From Thermoplasmatales archaeon (GTDB taxonomy: Archaea; Thermoplasmatota; E2; DHVEG-1): a DNA stretch of 64,000 nucleotides. The DNA lies in the NCBI GenBank assembly GCA_041305025.1, contig JBFYMG010000025.1, positions 5,590 to 69,589 of the forward strand, read 5' to 3'. Below, piece after piece: positions 9,661 to 19,439 of this stretch; position 1 is the stretch's first letter; each line of letters starts with the position of its first letter. The notes beneath the pieces are model-generated. The model was not told where the DNA came from. It did not search any database and saw only the letters and a program-made list of their open reading frames with translations. The position numbers and the translations under genes were made by a program.

Positions 9661-10332
9661 ATGTTAAAGCTTGATTTACACGTTCATTCACAATATTCAG
9701 AAGATGGTGCTGGCCATCCTAAAGACATAATGAAACAGCTTCAAATAAAAGGATTGCAAGGGATGGCAATAACTGATCATAATAACATACAAGGATCGCT
9801 CGAAGCTCTCAAACTTAAACCCAAAGATTTCATTATAATTCCCGGTATAGAAATTTCAACTGCTGATGGGCACCTCATAGCATTAGGAGTAAAAGAAAAC
9901 ATCCCTAGAGATCTGTCTGTAGAAGAAACTGTAGATAAAATTATTGATGCTGGCGGAATAGCCATTGTGCCTCATCTTTTTAGAAAAATGTCAGGTATAA
10001 AAAAAGAAAAACTTGAAATAATCTATGAAAAAATCCCCGCAATGGAAGTATTCAACGGCTGCAGTCTACCAGAAACAAACATTAAAACGGCAAAGGTCGC
10101 AAAAGAATTCAAGTTAGGCGGAACAGGTGGCAGTGATGCACATGACCCATCATATGCAGGATATGGCTATACTGTTGTAGAGTCAACAGATATGGAAATA
10201 GATTCCATTCTATCGGAGATTATTGGCAAAAAGACATGGGGTGAGGGAACCACCATACCACTACAAGTAAGACGTGATCGGATGATAAAAGCAATTAAAC
10301 AGTTCTTCGAGCGCGGTTTTAAGCGAATTTAA
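9661..10332 (+). CDS. PHP-domain metal-dependent phosphoesterase (TrpH/YciV-like)
   Basis: DLHVHS...ITDHN...GIEIS...SDAH motifs in PHP-typical spacing; 223 aa. Confidence 0.8.
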   Translation: MLKLDLHVHSQYSEDGAGHPKDIMKQLQIKGLQGMAITDHNNIQGSLEALKLKPKDFIIIPGIEISTADGHLIALGVKENIPRDLSVEETVDKIIDAGGIAIVPHLFRKMSGIKKEKLEIIYEKIPAMEVFNGCSLPETNIKTAKVAKEFKLGGTGGSDAHDPSYAGYGYTVVESTDMEIDSILSEIIGKKTWGEGTTIPLQVRRDRMIKAIKQFFERGFKRI

Positions 10333-10383
10333 TTTCTAATTTAAAGACAAATATTTAAAACTCAGCGCACGATATAATTTTTA

Positions 10384-10599
10384 ATGAGTGATAACGAACT
10401 TGTTGAAGAACTAAAAGAGAAACTCAGCAATATGGAAGAGAGGCTTAATGCGATAGAAAAAGAACAAAGAATGATACGTGAGGATATTTTATCGGGAACA
10501 GCAAAAGAACGTATGCAACAGAGATTACTAGAGAATGACCAAAAAAGGAGCGAAGAATTAAAGAAAAAATTAGATAAAGATATTAAGATTGGAATTTAG
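10384..10599 (+). CDS. Small coiled-coil hypothetical protein (71 aa)
   Basis: Charged heptad-like sequence; convergent with, and slightly overlapping, the rpl11 3' end. May be spurious. Confidence 0.3.
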   Translation: MSDNELVEELKEKLSNMEERLNAIEKEQRMIREDILSGTAKERMQQRLLENDQKRSEELKKKLDKDIKIGI

Positions 10600-11062
10600 A
10601 ATCGTAAGTACCTTCATCAATTGCTTTCTGAATCTCTTGTGGCCTTTTCCCTTCCACAGTTATGCCCATCGACACACAGGTTCCTATGATTTCCTTTGTT
10701 TTCTTCTTAAGATTTTTGCCTAGAAGATTGCTGTGTTTCATCTTGGCAACTTTTATCGCTTGATCCACAGTGAGATTTCCTATTTTTTTGGTGGACGGAG
10801 CACCTGAACCTTTCTCCAGCTTGAGTTCATTAAGAATCAACGATGATGCTGGAGGTGTACCTACCTCGACTTCAAATTTTTTCGTCTTTGGATCAACAAT
10901 AACTTTCACTGGAACTTTCATTCCATCAAATTGCTTGGTTTTTTCGTTGATTGTATTGACGATCTGTATTATGTTTACACCCAGTGGACCAAGTGCTGGA
11001 CCAAGTGGTGGGCCTGCGGATGCTTTTCCTCCGTCAACAAGTGCTTTAATTGTATCTGCCAT
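10583..11062 (-). CDS. rpl11: 50S ribosomal protein L11
   Basis: GGKASAGPPLGPALGPLGVNI signature; 159 aa. Confidence 0.92.
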   Translation of the reverse strand: MADTIKALVDGGKASAGPPLGPALGPLGVNIIQIVNTINEKTKQFDGMKVPVKVIVDPKTKKFEVEVGTPPASSLILNELKLEKGSGAPSTKKIGNLTVDQAIKVAKMKHSNLLGKNLKKKTKEIIGTCVSMGITVEGKRPQEIQKAIDEGTYDSKFQS

Positions 11063-11068
11063 ATTTGA

Positions 11069-11578
11069 TTACGCTCCCTCTTCTTTCTTTTTTTCTTCTT
11101 CTTTTCTTTTGATTACTCGAACTTGTTCACCACGAACAGTAATTGGTATAGGAACAACTGATTCAAAGAGTTCCACGGTGATTTCTTCCTTGGTGTCATC
11201 TATATGTGTAACCTTTGCAGTTTCTCCTCTGAATGGACCTGCAACCATTTCGACCACATCGCCCTCTGCAATCTTTGCAACCGCAGATGCAGGTATCAGA
11301 AAATGCGCTATTTGCTCTATTGGTGTGTCACCTTCAAGCATGTTTCTAGCGTAAGAAACTGTCTTAATCATATCCTTTATACGTTCTATGTCGTAGCTTT
11401 CCAAAAATATGTATCCTCTGAGTTCCGGTGTAACTAGGATTGATGTAATCTTTATTTTCGATTTGTCAGCTCTGCTGTTGATAAGATCAGCCGTGTTTTG
11501 CTCTTTACCAACTTGAGTTTTTATCGCAAATATCTTTGTTTTTTCTTCACTACCTGCTTCAAAATCTGTATTTTGCAT
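11069..11578 (-). CDS. spt5: Transcription elongation factor Spt5 (NusG homologue)
   Basis: NGN domain (IFAIKTQVGKE) plus C-terminal KOW (GDVVEMVAGPFRGETAKV); conserved position between secE and rpl11. Confidence 0.85.
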   Translation of the reverse strand: MQNTDFEAGSEEKTKIFAIKTQVGKEQNTADLINSRADKSKIKITSILVTPELRGYIFLESYDIERIKDMIKTVSYARNMLEGDTPIEQIAHFLIPASAVAKIAEGDVVEMVAGPFRGETAKVTHIDDTKEEITVELFESVVPIPITVRGEQVRVIKRKEEEKKKEEGA

Positions 11579-11587
11579 AATATCACA

Positions 11588-11869
11588 CTATTTTACCAAT
11601 CCAAGAGTTCTTGCCATCCAAGGTGCAACTTCTGTTACTAAAAGGAAAATAAGAAAACCTAATCCACCTATAAGCAAGATTCCGGCTCCAGTTATCATCG
11701 AGGTTTTCGTATATTCTTCATTGGTAGGTTTGCGAGCCATTTTTAAGACTCTGCCGTATTTACCTGATCCCAATCCTTTTTGTTTTGCATCTAGTTTATT
11801 TTGTAATTCTGTTGCTCGTTCTATGAATTTTTTATCGCTTTTAATTTTATCACTTTTAAATAACTTCAC
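11588..11869 (-). CDS. secE: Preprotein translocase SecE (Sec61 gamma); start probably internal
   Basis: RVLKMARKPTNEEY...ITGAGILLIGGLGFLIFLL matches the archaeal SecE consensus with a single C-terminal TM; conserved ftsZ-secE-spt5-rpl11 order. The N-terminal 35 aa of the ORF are probably not translated. Confidence 0.65.
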   Translation of the reverse strand: MKLFKSDKIKSDKKFIERATELQNKLDAKQKGLGSGKYGRVLKMARKPTNEEYTKTSMITGAGILLIGGLGFLIFLLVTEVAPWMARTLGLVK

Positions 11870-11992
11870 TATTTTACACCTCTAATGAGTGTTAATCGTC
11901 AAATAAATAGGTATATATAAAGAATTTGGCTGACTTTATTTCCGTACAGTAACTAGTTCGCCTTTAGATGCTAAAGCTAGTTTGTCTAGTTA

Positions 11993-13147
11993 CTATGCTA
12001 CAAAGTCAATGCCGTACTCTTTATTTTCATATGATCTCTGCGACGGACCTAGAATTTGTTTTGATTTAACGCCCGTTATGACCAACATTGCACGAATGTT
12101 TTTCCTGAGATCTGGATCAATCGTAGTTCCCCATATGATGCGAGCATTTGGATCAACTCTTGAATAAACTTCTTCGACAACTCGTTCGGCTTCACCTATC
12201 GTCATATCTTCGCCTCCAGTCACATTGACCAGAGCGCCAGTGGCTCCAGAGATATCGACCTCGAGTAGTGGCGAGTTGAGTGCTTCTACAACGGCATTTA
12301 CTGCCTTGTTTTCGCCCTCTGCTTCTCCAAGACCAATCATGGCCACTCCACCACGTTTCATAATAGTTTTTAGATCCGCAAAATCTAGATTGACTAAACC
12401 TGGTTTTGTAATCATCTCGGTTATTCCTTTAATTGATCTCATAAGCACTTCATCTGCAACTTTGAATGCAGCATTCAATGAAAGGTTTGGTACAATATCA
12501 AGCAATTTATCGTTTGGTATAACAATAACTGTATCGCAGGCATCTCTAAGTCGTTTCAAACCAGTCTCTGCATTATCCAAACGTACAAGACCTTCAACTC
12601 TGAAAGGAAGGGTGACAACTCCGATCGTTAGAGCACCAGTCTCTTTTGCAATCTGAGCAACAAAGGGAGCAGAACCTGTACCAGTGCCGCCTCCAAGTCC
12701 GCAAGTCACAAAAACCATATCTGCCGGTGCAATCGCATTACGTATGTCGTCTTCGCTTTCCATTGCAGCCTCCTCACCAACTTGGGGAAGAGAACCTGCA
12801 CCAAGACCGCGAGTGAGATGGCGACCAATTAGCACTTTATGCGGTGCAGTGGATATCAGAAGATGTTGGGCATCGGTGTTAAGAGCGATCAATTCTGCCC
12901 CATCTATCTTTGCTTCCATACATCTTGAAATAGTATTGGTTCCGGCACCGCCACAGCCGATAACCTTTATTTTAGTAACTAAGCCCTGCAATACCTCTTC
13001 GAGTTCTTTGTCTTTAATGCCTCTACCAATTGTATCTCTAGTAAGCGAATCTCTCAAAGCATCGTTTTTTTCTTCGCAGTTATTGGCGTTCTTTTCTCTC
13101 TTTTTTCTATTCTCATTGGCGACAACTTCTTCAACTATTTTTCTCAT
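11993..13147 (-). CDS. ftsZ: Cell division GTPase FtsZ
   Basis: GGGTGTG tubulin signature, NTDAQ, T7 loop; 384 aa. Confidence 0.92.
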   Translation of the reverse strand: MRKIVEEVVANENRKKREKNANNCEEKNDALRDSLTRDTIGRGIKDKELEEVLQGLVTKIKVIGCGGAGTNTISRCMEAKIDGAELIALNTDAQHLLISTAPHKVLIGRHLTRGLGAGSLPQVGEEAAMESEDDIRNAIAPADMVFVTCGLGGGTGTGSAPFVAQIAKETGALTIGVVTLPFRVEGLVRLDNAETGLKRLRDACDTVIVIPNDKLLDIVPNLSLNAAFKVADEVLMRSIKGITEMITKPGLVNLDFADLKTIMKRGGVAMIGLGEAEGENKAVNAVVEALNSPLLEVDISGATGALVNVTGGEDMTIGEAERVVEEVYSRVDPNARIIWGTTIDPDLRKNIRAMLVITGVKSKQILGPSQRSYENKEYGIDFVA

Positions 13148-13254
13148 CTAAATCACCATGCCCTCACAACAATAAACCCCACTATTGTGATTATTATTAT
13201 ATTTTTTACAATATTGTAAAGGAATTGCGATTATTAAATATTTCCAAAAAAATA

Positions 13255-14070
13255 CTAAACAATCTCTAAAGAAAAATCTTTATTCTTCGTACTATGTGTT
13301 ATATAACCTAGAGAAATACGATCTGCAAAAGATGCGTATTTGACAATATTGTCTGGAGTAACTCCGCCCGATATTTCAATAATAATATTACTATTCACCT
13401 CTCTAATTTTCTTTGCAATGCCTTTACCTAATTTAGGACTAATATTATCCAGCATTATCACATTGACGTTCATCTTTGCTGCGGTAAGTGCATCAGCCAG
13501 GTTTTCTACTTCAACCTCTATGATTTTATCATGAACCCTCTGTTTTATTCTTTTAATTGCTTCTTCAATCGAACCAATGCATTTGATATGATTATCTTTG
13601 ATTATAACGGCATCGTACAAACCAAATCGATGTGATTCTCCTCCGCCAAGTACAACAGCCTTTTTTTCATATTTGCGGAAACCTGGCGTTGTTTTTCTTG
13701 TAGCAGCTACGGTTACTTTTGGATTTATAGCCCTGCATTTATCCACAAGTTTCTTTGTTTCTGTGGCAATACCACTCATCCTACAGATAAAGTTGAGAGC
13801 CAATCGCTCAGCCTTGAGAATAGAGCGCACAGGTCCATTGATCTTGGCTACAATCGTTTTCTCTTTTACAAAATCACCATCACTGACCTGCAACCTAACT
13901 TCAGCTCCTGACCTTTCAAATACGAGTTTTGCCTCTTCAAGTCCAGCGACGATACAATCTTCTTTTGCAATAATATGTGCTTTAGCCGCTTCATCAGTAA
14001 ACAAGGAATCTGAAGTTACATCTCCTTTTTTATCTAGATCCTCGAGCAGATATTTGTCAATATTATCCAT
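13255..14070 (-). CDS. nadC: Nicotinate-nucleotide pyrophosphorylase (quinolinate phosphoribosyltransferase)
   Basis: QPRTase N-terminal DKKGDVTSDSLF, central ATRKTTPG, C-terminal ISGGVTPDNI; 271 aa. Confidence 0.85.
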   Translation of the reverse strand: MDNIDKYLLEDLDKKGDVTSDSLFTDEAAKAHIIAKEDCIVAGLEEAKLVFERSGAEVRLQVSDGDFVKEKTIVAKINGPVRSILKAERLALNFICRMSGIATETKKLVDKCRAINPKVTVAATRKTTPGFRKYEKKAVVLGGGESHRFGLYDAVIIKDNHIKCIGSIEEAIKRIKQRVHDKIIEVEVENLADALTAAKMNVNVIMLDNISPKLGKGIAKKIREVNSNIIIEISGGVTPDNIVKYASFADRISLGYITHSTKNKDFSLEIV

Positions 14071-14117
14071 AACAATATTTTTTATAGTAATGCCTGTTTT
14101 AAGGTTTTGGGAGAATT

Positions 14118-14882
14118 ATGAAGCTTGGAATTATTGGTTGTGGCGCCATTGGAACTGATGTAGCAAAGGCTGCAGATGAAATGAAAGAAATCGAAAAAAT
14201 CTATCTTTTTGATATTAACAAAGCAGCTTCAGACAAACTGTGTAAGATTCTTAAAAAAGCAGAAATAAAATCAGTAAAAGAATTCTTAGATGACGTTGAT
14301 ATTGCGTTCGAAGCCGCATCACAACAAGCTGTCAGCGAATATGGATTAAAAATCTTGGAATCGCGAAAAGACCTGGTGATTATGAGTATCGGGAGTTTAT
14401 TTGACGATGCTTTTCGAAAAAAAATGGAGGATACAGCACGAAAAAACAAATGCAAAATCTATTTGCCATCTGGTGCCGTCTGTGGAATTGACGGCGTACT
14501 TGCTGCCAGTATAGAAAAACTCGACAGTGTCACTCTTGTTACAACAAAGCCACCCGCATCTCTTGGCAAAAAAGTTGATAAACGAACTATCATTTTTGAA
14601 GGAAGTGCACGTGAAGCGGTTAAACAATTCCCAAAAAATATCAACGTTGCTGCGTGTCTTTCGCTTGCCGGAGTTGGATTTGATGAAACAAAAGTGGAGA
14701 TTGTTGCGGATCCTGTAGAAACTAGGATCAGTCATAAAATATTGGCCCATGGAAAATTCGGTCGACTCAGAGCGGAAGTAGAAAACATGCCCAATCCAAA
14801 AAATCCACAGTCGAGTTACATGGCATCTCTGTCGGCCATTGCCGTATTGAAAAAAATTATTTCACCCATACAAATAGCCTAA
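14118..14882 (+). CDS. nadX: L-aspartate dehydrogenase
   Basis: Close full-length resemblance to Thermotoga TM1643-type NadX: LGIIGCGAIG, LPSGAVCGIDG, TTKPP, FEGSAREA, NINVAA, IVADP...NMPNPKNP. Confidence 0.85.
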   Translation: MKLGIIGCGAIGTDVAKAADEMKEIEKIYLFDINKAASDKLCKILKKAEIKSVKEFLDDVDIAFEAASQQAVSEYGLKILESRKDLVIMSIGSLFDDAFRKKMEDTARKNKCKIYLPSGAVCGIDGVLAASIEKLDSVTLVTTKPPASLGKKVDKRTIIFEGSAREAVKQFPKNINVAACLSLAGVGFDETKVEIVADPVETRISHKILAHGKFGRLRAEVENMPNPKNPQSSYMASLSAIAVLKKIISPIQIA

Positions 14883-15010
14883 ATAAACGTTAAACAGCAA
14901 CTTTGTAAAGGTGTAAAGACAAAACATATGTTTAAATATTGAAACTTTCGGAAAAATGATTTTTTGTGGTAACTAAAAGCTAAATATCCCTCGTTATTTA
15001 CTTCCTCAGA

Positions 15011-16954
15011 ATGAAATTTGAAATTAAAGATAGAGATGCTGCTGGGCGATTGTGCAAATTTACGACAAAACATGGAGTAGTTACTACTCCAAATCTCATG
15101 CCGGTGATTAATCCAAACAAGATGCTCATCACCCCAAAAGAAATGAAGAGGCTCTTTGGCACCGAGATAGTTATCACAAATTCTTATATAATTAACAAAA
15201 GCGAAGAACTTAGAGAAAAAGCACTGAAGAACGGAGTTCACAGGTTGATAGATTTCGATGGCCCCATCATGACGGACTCTGGAACTTTTCAGTCCTACAT
15301 ATACGGAGATGTAAATGTAGACCCTATAGAAATTGTAAAATTTCAAAGAGACATTGGAAGTGACATAGGAACGATCTTGGATATTTTTGGAACTCCAGAT
15401 CAAACTAAGAGAAAAGCAGAACAAGGAATGAAAGAGACCATCAAACGAGCGAAAAAGAGCATACCTTTAAAAAATGATATGCTACTTGCCTGTACTGTTC
15501 AGGGCTCCATTTACCCGGATCTAAGAGAGACATGCGCCAAAGAACTAAGCAGGCTAGATGCAGATTTCTTTCCAATTGGTGGCGTAGTACCTCTAATGGA
15601 AAATCAAAGATATACGGACCTTGTGCGATGCATACTCTCTGCCAAAAGATGCCTAGATCCGTCAAAACCCGTTCATTTATTTGGAGCAGGTCACCCACTG
15701 GTGTTTCCTTTAGCTGTCGCACTTGGTTGTGATTTCTTTGATTCCTCAGCCTATGCAAAATATGCAGATGACGGAAGGATGATTTTACCTGAAGGGACGG
15801 AAAAGCTAGAAGATTTAGAGGAACTTCCATGTTGTTGTCCCGTTTGCACTAAATTTACAGCATCTGAACTTAAAAAGATGGAAAAAAAAGAAGTTGCTCT
15901 ACAGTTAGCAAAGCATAATCTATACGTTAGTTTTGCTGAGATTAAAAAGATTAGAAGTGCCATTGTTGAAGGAAATCTTTGGGAACTTGTAGAAAGAAGA
16001 GCTGGTTCAAATCCATATTTACTCGATGCTTTAAGAGAGTTGAGAAAAAAAGAAAATAAAGAGTGGTTAGAGCGATTTGAACCTGCCAGTAAAAACAAAG
16101 CATTATTTTATACCGGGAGCCAAACCATTCATAGACCGCTTGTACATAGACGCCACAAAAGACTGTTGAATCGATATGAACCTTCATTTGATACTATTGT
16201 TGTTTTTCCGGAAGGAAAGAAACCTTATTCAAGATATTATTTTGAAAAAATAAAGAAGATACTTGGAAAGAGAAATGTAAGTTTATTGGTAAATTCATAT
16301 CTTGGTCCTGTACCAATTGAGCTTGATGAAATGTATCCTTTTGCTCAATCTGTATTTCCTGAAATTATTGATAAAGAGACCGCGGATGAATTGGGCAGGA
16401 TATTTGGTGAATTTACAAAAAATAGAAAAATAATATTTTGGAAAGGCAACAAAACTTTACAAGAATTGTCTGAATCAAAAGATAAACGCAGGGAAGACCC
16501 AGATTTAAGGAGAATTTCTGCTGTTGCAGATATGCAGTTTGGAAAAGGTGCCTCCAAGGCACTATTGGATGGAGATGTAGAGATTGTTAAATCAAAAAAT
16601 ACTGATAAAATACGTAACATTCACGTGGATGGCAATCATGTATTATCTATGCGTGCTGAAGATGGCATGTTTACTTTAAAAATAGATGGGGCACAACTTC
16701 TCCGACGTTTTTTTAAATATCCTAAATTGCGAGTAATTGTAAAGAAAGATGCAGTGCCGTTTATAAAAGAAGGAAAGAGTGCTTTTGCAAAATTTGTAGT
16801 AGACTGTGATCCAAATTTACGTCCATTTGACGAGTGTATTATTGTTGATGAAAAGGACAAGCTATTGGCTGTTGGTAGAACTCTATTAAACAGGGATGAA
16901 ATGCTATCATTTGAGTTTGGCATGGCCGTTAAAACAAGGGAAGCTGTTGTTTAA
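15011..16954 (+). CDS. tgtA: Archaeosine tRNA-guanine transglycosylase with C-terminal PUA domain
   Basis: N-terminus MKFEIKDRDAAGRLCKFTTKHGVVTTPNLMPVINP is diagnostic of ArcTGT. Zn-site CCCPVC. 647 aa including the PUA-containing C-terminal extension. Confidence 0.88.
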   Translation: MKFEIKDRDAAGRLCKFTTKHGVVTTPNLMPVINPNKMLITPKEMKRLFGTEIVITNSYIINKSEELREKALKNGVHRLIDFDGPIMTDSGTFQSYIYGDVNVDPIEIVKFQRDIGSDIGTILDIFGTPDQTKRKAEQGMKETIKRAKKSIPLKNDMLLACTVQGSIYPDLRETCAKELSRLDADFFPIGGVVPLMENQRYTDLVRCILSAKRCLDPSKPVHLFGAGHPLVFPLAVALGCDFFDSSAYAKYADDGRMILPEGTEKLEDLEELPCCCPVCTKFTASELKKMEKKEVALQLAKHNLYVSFAEIKKIRSAIVEGNLWELVERRAGSNPYLLDALRELRKKENKEWLERFEPASKNKALFYTGSQTIHRPLVHRRHKRLLNRYEPSFDTIVVFPEGKKPYSRYYFEKIKKILGKRNVSLLVNSYLGPVPIELDEMYPFAQSVFPEIIDKETADELGRIFGEFTKNRKIIFWKGNKTLQELSESKDKRREDPDLRRISAVADMQFGKGASKALLDGDVEIVKSKNTDKIRNIHVDGNHVLSMRAEDGMFTLKIDGAQLLRRFFKYPKLRVIVKKDAVPFIKEGKSAFAKFVVDCDPNLRPFDECIIVDEKDKLLAVGRTLLNRDEMLSFEFGMAVKTREAVV

Positions 16955-17015
16955 GTTCGTAGGTGTTTTTGGAAACTATTATAAGTTCTAAGATGTTGTA
17001 TTTTTCGGGATAAAA

Positions 17016-17636
17016 ATGACTGAACATAATCCTGATTTTAAACAGCCTCCTTGGGTTTATGGTCCAAAGGAAACTATGGAATGGATAGAAGCGACACACC
17101 CAAGTGAAAAAAGAGATAAAAAATCCCAGAAAAGAGGAGGCAATGTCATTTTGAAAAACATGCATGTTCGATTGGATCTTAACGTAGAACAAACAAAGGC
17201 CGATCCGCCAAATGTTTTTTCAAGATTGTCATCAAAGATTACAGGAAATACATATGTTGAGGAGCATTTTGATCTTCTTTCAATTGCCGATGCCCTCTTG
17301 AGGGCGCTTGCCAAGGCCAAATTTAAACATACTGCCAAGATACTTATTGACAAAAAAATACAACACGATCACCCGGAGATTATTTCGGATTTAAAAAATG
17401 CCATTGATATTTTCAAAGGGCTCTCATTTGATATTAACCAATGCAAAATCCTTGAGATTACTGCTCTTTCAGATGGTGCACATAGATGTACTGCCGAAAT
17501 AAAAATCAAAAAAGTTCATAAGAAAAAGGATCATGCAATTGACATTCTGATGAAAGGGAGAATAAAGGAAGAATCATATCATGTGTTTCTTAATTACTTA
17601 ATTGAGAAATTAAAGGTTAAAAATATCTTAAAATGA
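17016..17636 (+). CDS. hypothetical protein (206 aa)
   Basis: Intact ORF with good coding appearance; no motif recognised. Confidence 0.35.
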   Translation: MTEHNPDFKQPPWVYGPKETMEWIEATHPSEKRDKKSQKRGGNVILKNMHVRLDLNVEQTKADPPNVFSRLSSKITGNTYVEEHFDLLSIADALLRALAKAKFKHTAKILIDKKIQHDHPEIISDLKNAIDIFKGLSFDINQCKILEITALSDGAHRCTAEIKIKKVHKKKDHAIDILMKGRIKEESYHVFLNYLIEKLKVKNILK

Positions 17637-17729
17637 AGTTCGTCAATAGACGTAACTAAAATACACAATTATAAAAACAATAAATTGTTTTCTGGAGAAT
17701 TAAATAAAGGAGGCGCATTAATACGTCGA

Positions 17730-18994
17730 ATGAAAAATCATCCAAAGTTTCTGGTTTCTATAAACTGCCAGTTGAAAAAAGAATAGAATTTGTTGGACAA
17801 TTCTCAGATTTAAGCAAAGATGAGGTAGGTTTGTTTTCATCTTGTCTTAGCATAGAAGTTGCAGATAGGATGATCGAGAATGCTCTAGGAACATTTGAGT
17901 TGCCTCTAGGCGTTGCAGTTAATTTTCTCATCAATGAAAAGGATTATCTTATTCCGATGGCAACGGAAGAATCAAGTGTTATAGCTGCTGCAAGTAACGC
18001 AGCAAAAATCGCCAGGGGCAAAGGTGGATTTAAGACGGAATGCTCAAAGCCTTTAATGATTGGTCAAATTCAAATTTTAGGCATAGATGATATTGCCAGT
18101 GCGGCACAAAAAATCATGGACCACAAAAAAGAAATCTTACGACTTGCAAATGCCCAAGATAAAATTCTTGTAGATTTGGGTGGTGGAGCAAAAGACCTCG
18201 AGGTACGAATACTCAATAGCCCCCTTGGAAAAATGATTGTTGTTCATTTGATTGTTGATGTTCGTGATGCCATGGGGGCAAATGCTGTTAACACAATGTG
18301 TGAGGCATTGGCACCATCTCTTGAGGAAGTAACAGGCGGAAGAGTAAGACTAAAGATTCTTTCAAATCTTGCTGATAAAAGAATATTCAAGGCCAAAGCC
18401 ACCTTTGATAAAGAAACAATGGGTGGAGAGCATGTTGTTGATGCATTTCTTGAATCCTATATACTAGCAACTATTGATCCTTACCGAGCAGCTACACACA
18501 ACAAGGGCATTATGAATGGCATAGATGCACTGATCATTGCAACTGGAAACGACTTCCGCGCAATTGAAGCAGGAGCCCATGCCTATGCGTCACGAAGCGG
18601 GAGCTATTCTTCACTTACCACATACCATAAAGATGAAAATGGAAATCTTGTAGGAGAAATAGAACTGCCTCTCGCAGTAGGCATTGTAGGCGGTGCGGCT
18701 AACATGCATCCTAAGGCAAAGCTTTGCAGAAAGATACTTGGTATAAAAACTGCTCAAGAGCTTGCCGAAGTTGTCGCAAGTCTAGGACTTGCACAGAACT
18801 TTGCTGCAGTATTTGCTCTCTCAACAGTAGGAATTCAAAAAGGACATATGTCGCTGCATGCAAAGAATATTGCGGTAATGGCTGGCGCAGAAGGAAAAGA
18901 AATCGACAGCCTGGCAGAGCAATTAATCAAAGAAAACAAGATAAAACTTGACCGAGCAAAAGAAATACTCGAAAAGATGAGAAAGACTAGATAA
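17730..18994 (+). CDS. hmgA: HMG-CoA reductase, class II type; N-terminal frame discontinuity
   Basis: DAMGANAVNTMCE (class-II DAMGAN), ENALGTFELPLGVA. The in-frame N-terminal extension ...SSKVSGFYKLPVEKRIEFVGQFSDLSKDEV resembles class-II HMGR N-termini but has no in-frame ATG/GTG/TTG. ATG at 17730 joins this frame only if the A5 run 17733-17737 is A6 (giving MKKSSKVSGFY...). An AGGAGG lies upstream at 17708-17713. Confidence 0.85.
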
Positions 18995-19439
18995 TTCCTT
19001 CAGTAATGTCTTCTGGTTCTCTTTCGCAATAGTAGCATTTTATCCTTGGTGGATCTTTGCCAATAACATGAAATCTACTTTCCACGGGTTCCCGAGCATT
19101 GGAAATACACGTGGGATTTGAACATTTGGCAATCCCTACAACTTCATTCGGCAGTACTACCTTGTGTTTTTTGATAACTTCATAATCTCGTATAATGTTT
19201 ATAGTGGCTTTTGGAGCGATTAACGCGATTTTATCGAGTTCTTTTGGATCCAATTCTCGGTTTTCGACTTTGACAATGTCTTTCTTGCCCATTTTACCAG
19301 ATACATTCATCGCAACACTCACGACCGAAGAGGTCGATTCTGGAATTTTTAAGATACGAAGAACCTTTAATGCACGTCCTGGTGTGATGTGGTCGATGAC
19401 CGTTCCATCTTTGATTGGAGTAACTTTTAGTTCTTTCAT
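18987..19439 (-). CDS. pyrI: Aspartate carbamoyltransferase regulatory subunit
   Basis: MKELKVTPIKDGTVIDHI... plus C-terminal Zn domain CSNPTC...CYYC; 4-nt overlap with pyrB. Confidence 0.9.
   Translation of the reverse strand: MKELKVTPIKDGTVIDHITPGRALKVLRILKIPESTSSVVSVAMNVSGKMGKKDIVKVENRELDPKELDKIALIAPKATINIIRDYEVIKKHKVVLPNEVVGIAKCSNPTCISNAREPVESRFHVIGKDPPRIKCYYCEREPEDITEGII

Noticed and set aside
10770-11354. 194-aa plus-strand ORF overlapping rpl11/spt5
   Set aside because: Antisense to two highly conserved genes; Ser/Thr/Phe-rich with no motifs.
11982-12167. 61-aa plus-strand ORF at the ftsZ 3' end
   Set aside because: Overlaps the ftsZ stop region in antisense; no support.
12225-13151. 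Two plus-strand ORFs (143 and 155 aa) inside ftsZ
   Set aside because: Antisense to ftsZ, low complexity (Ser/Pro/Ala-rich); ftsZ on the minus strand has all signatures.
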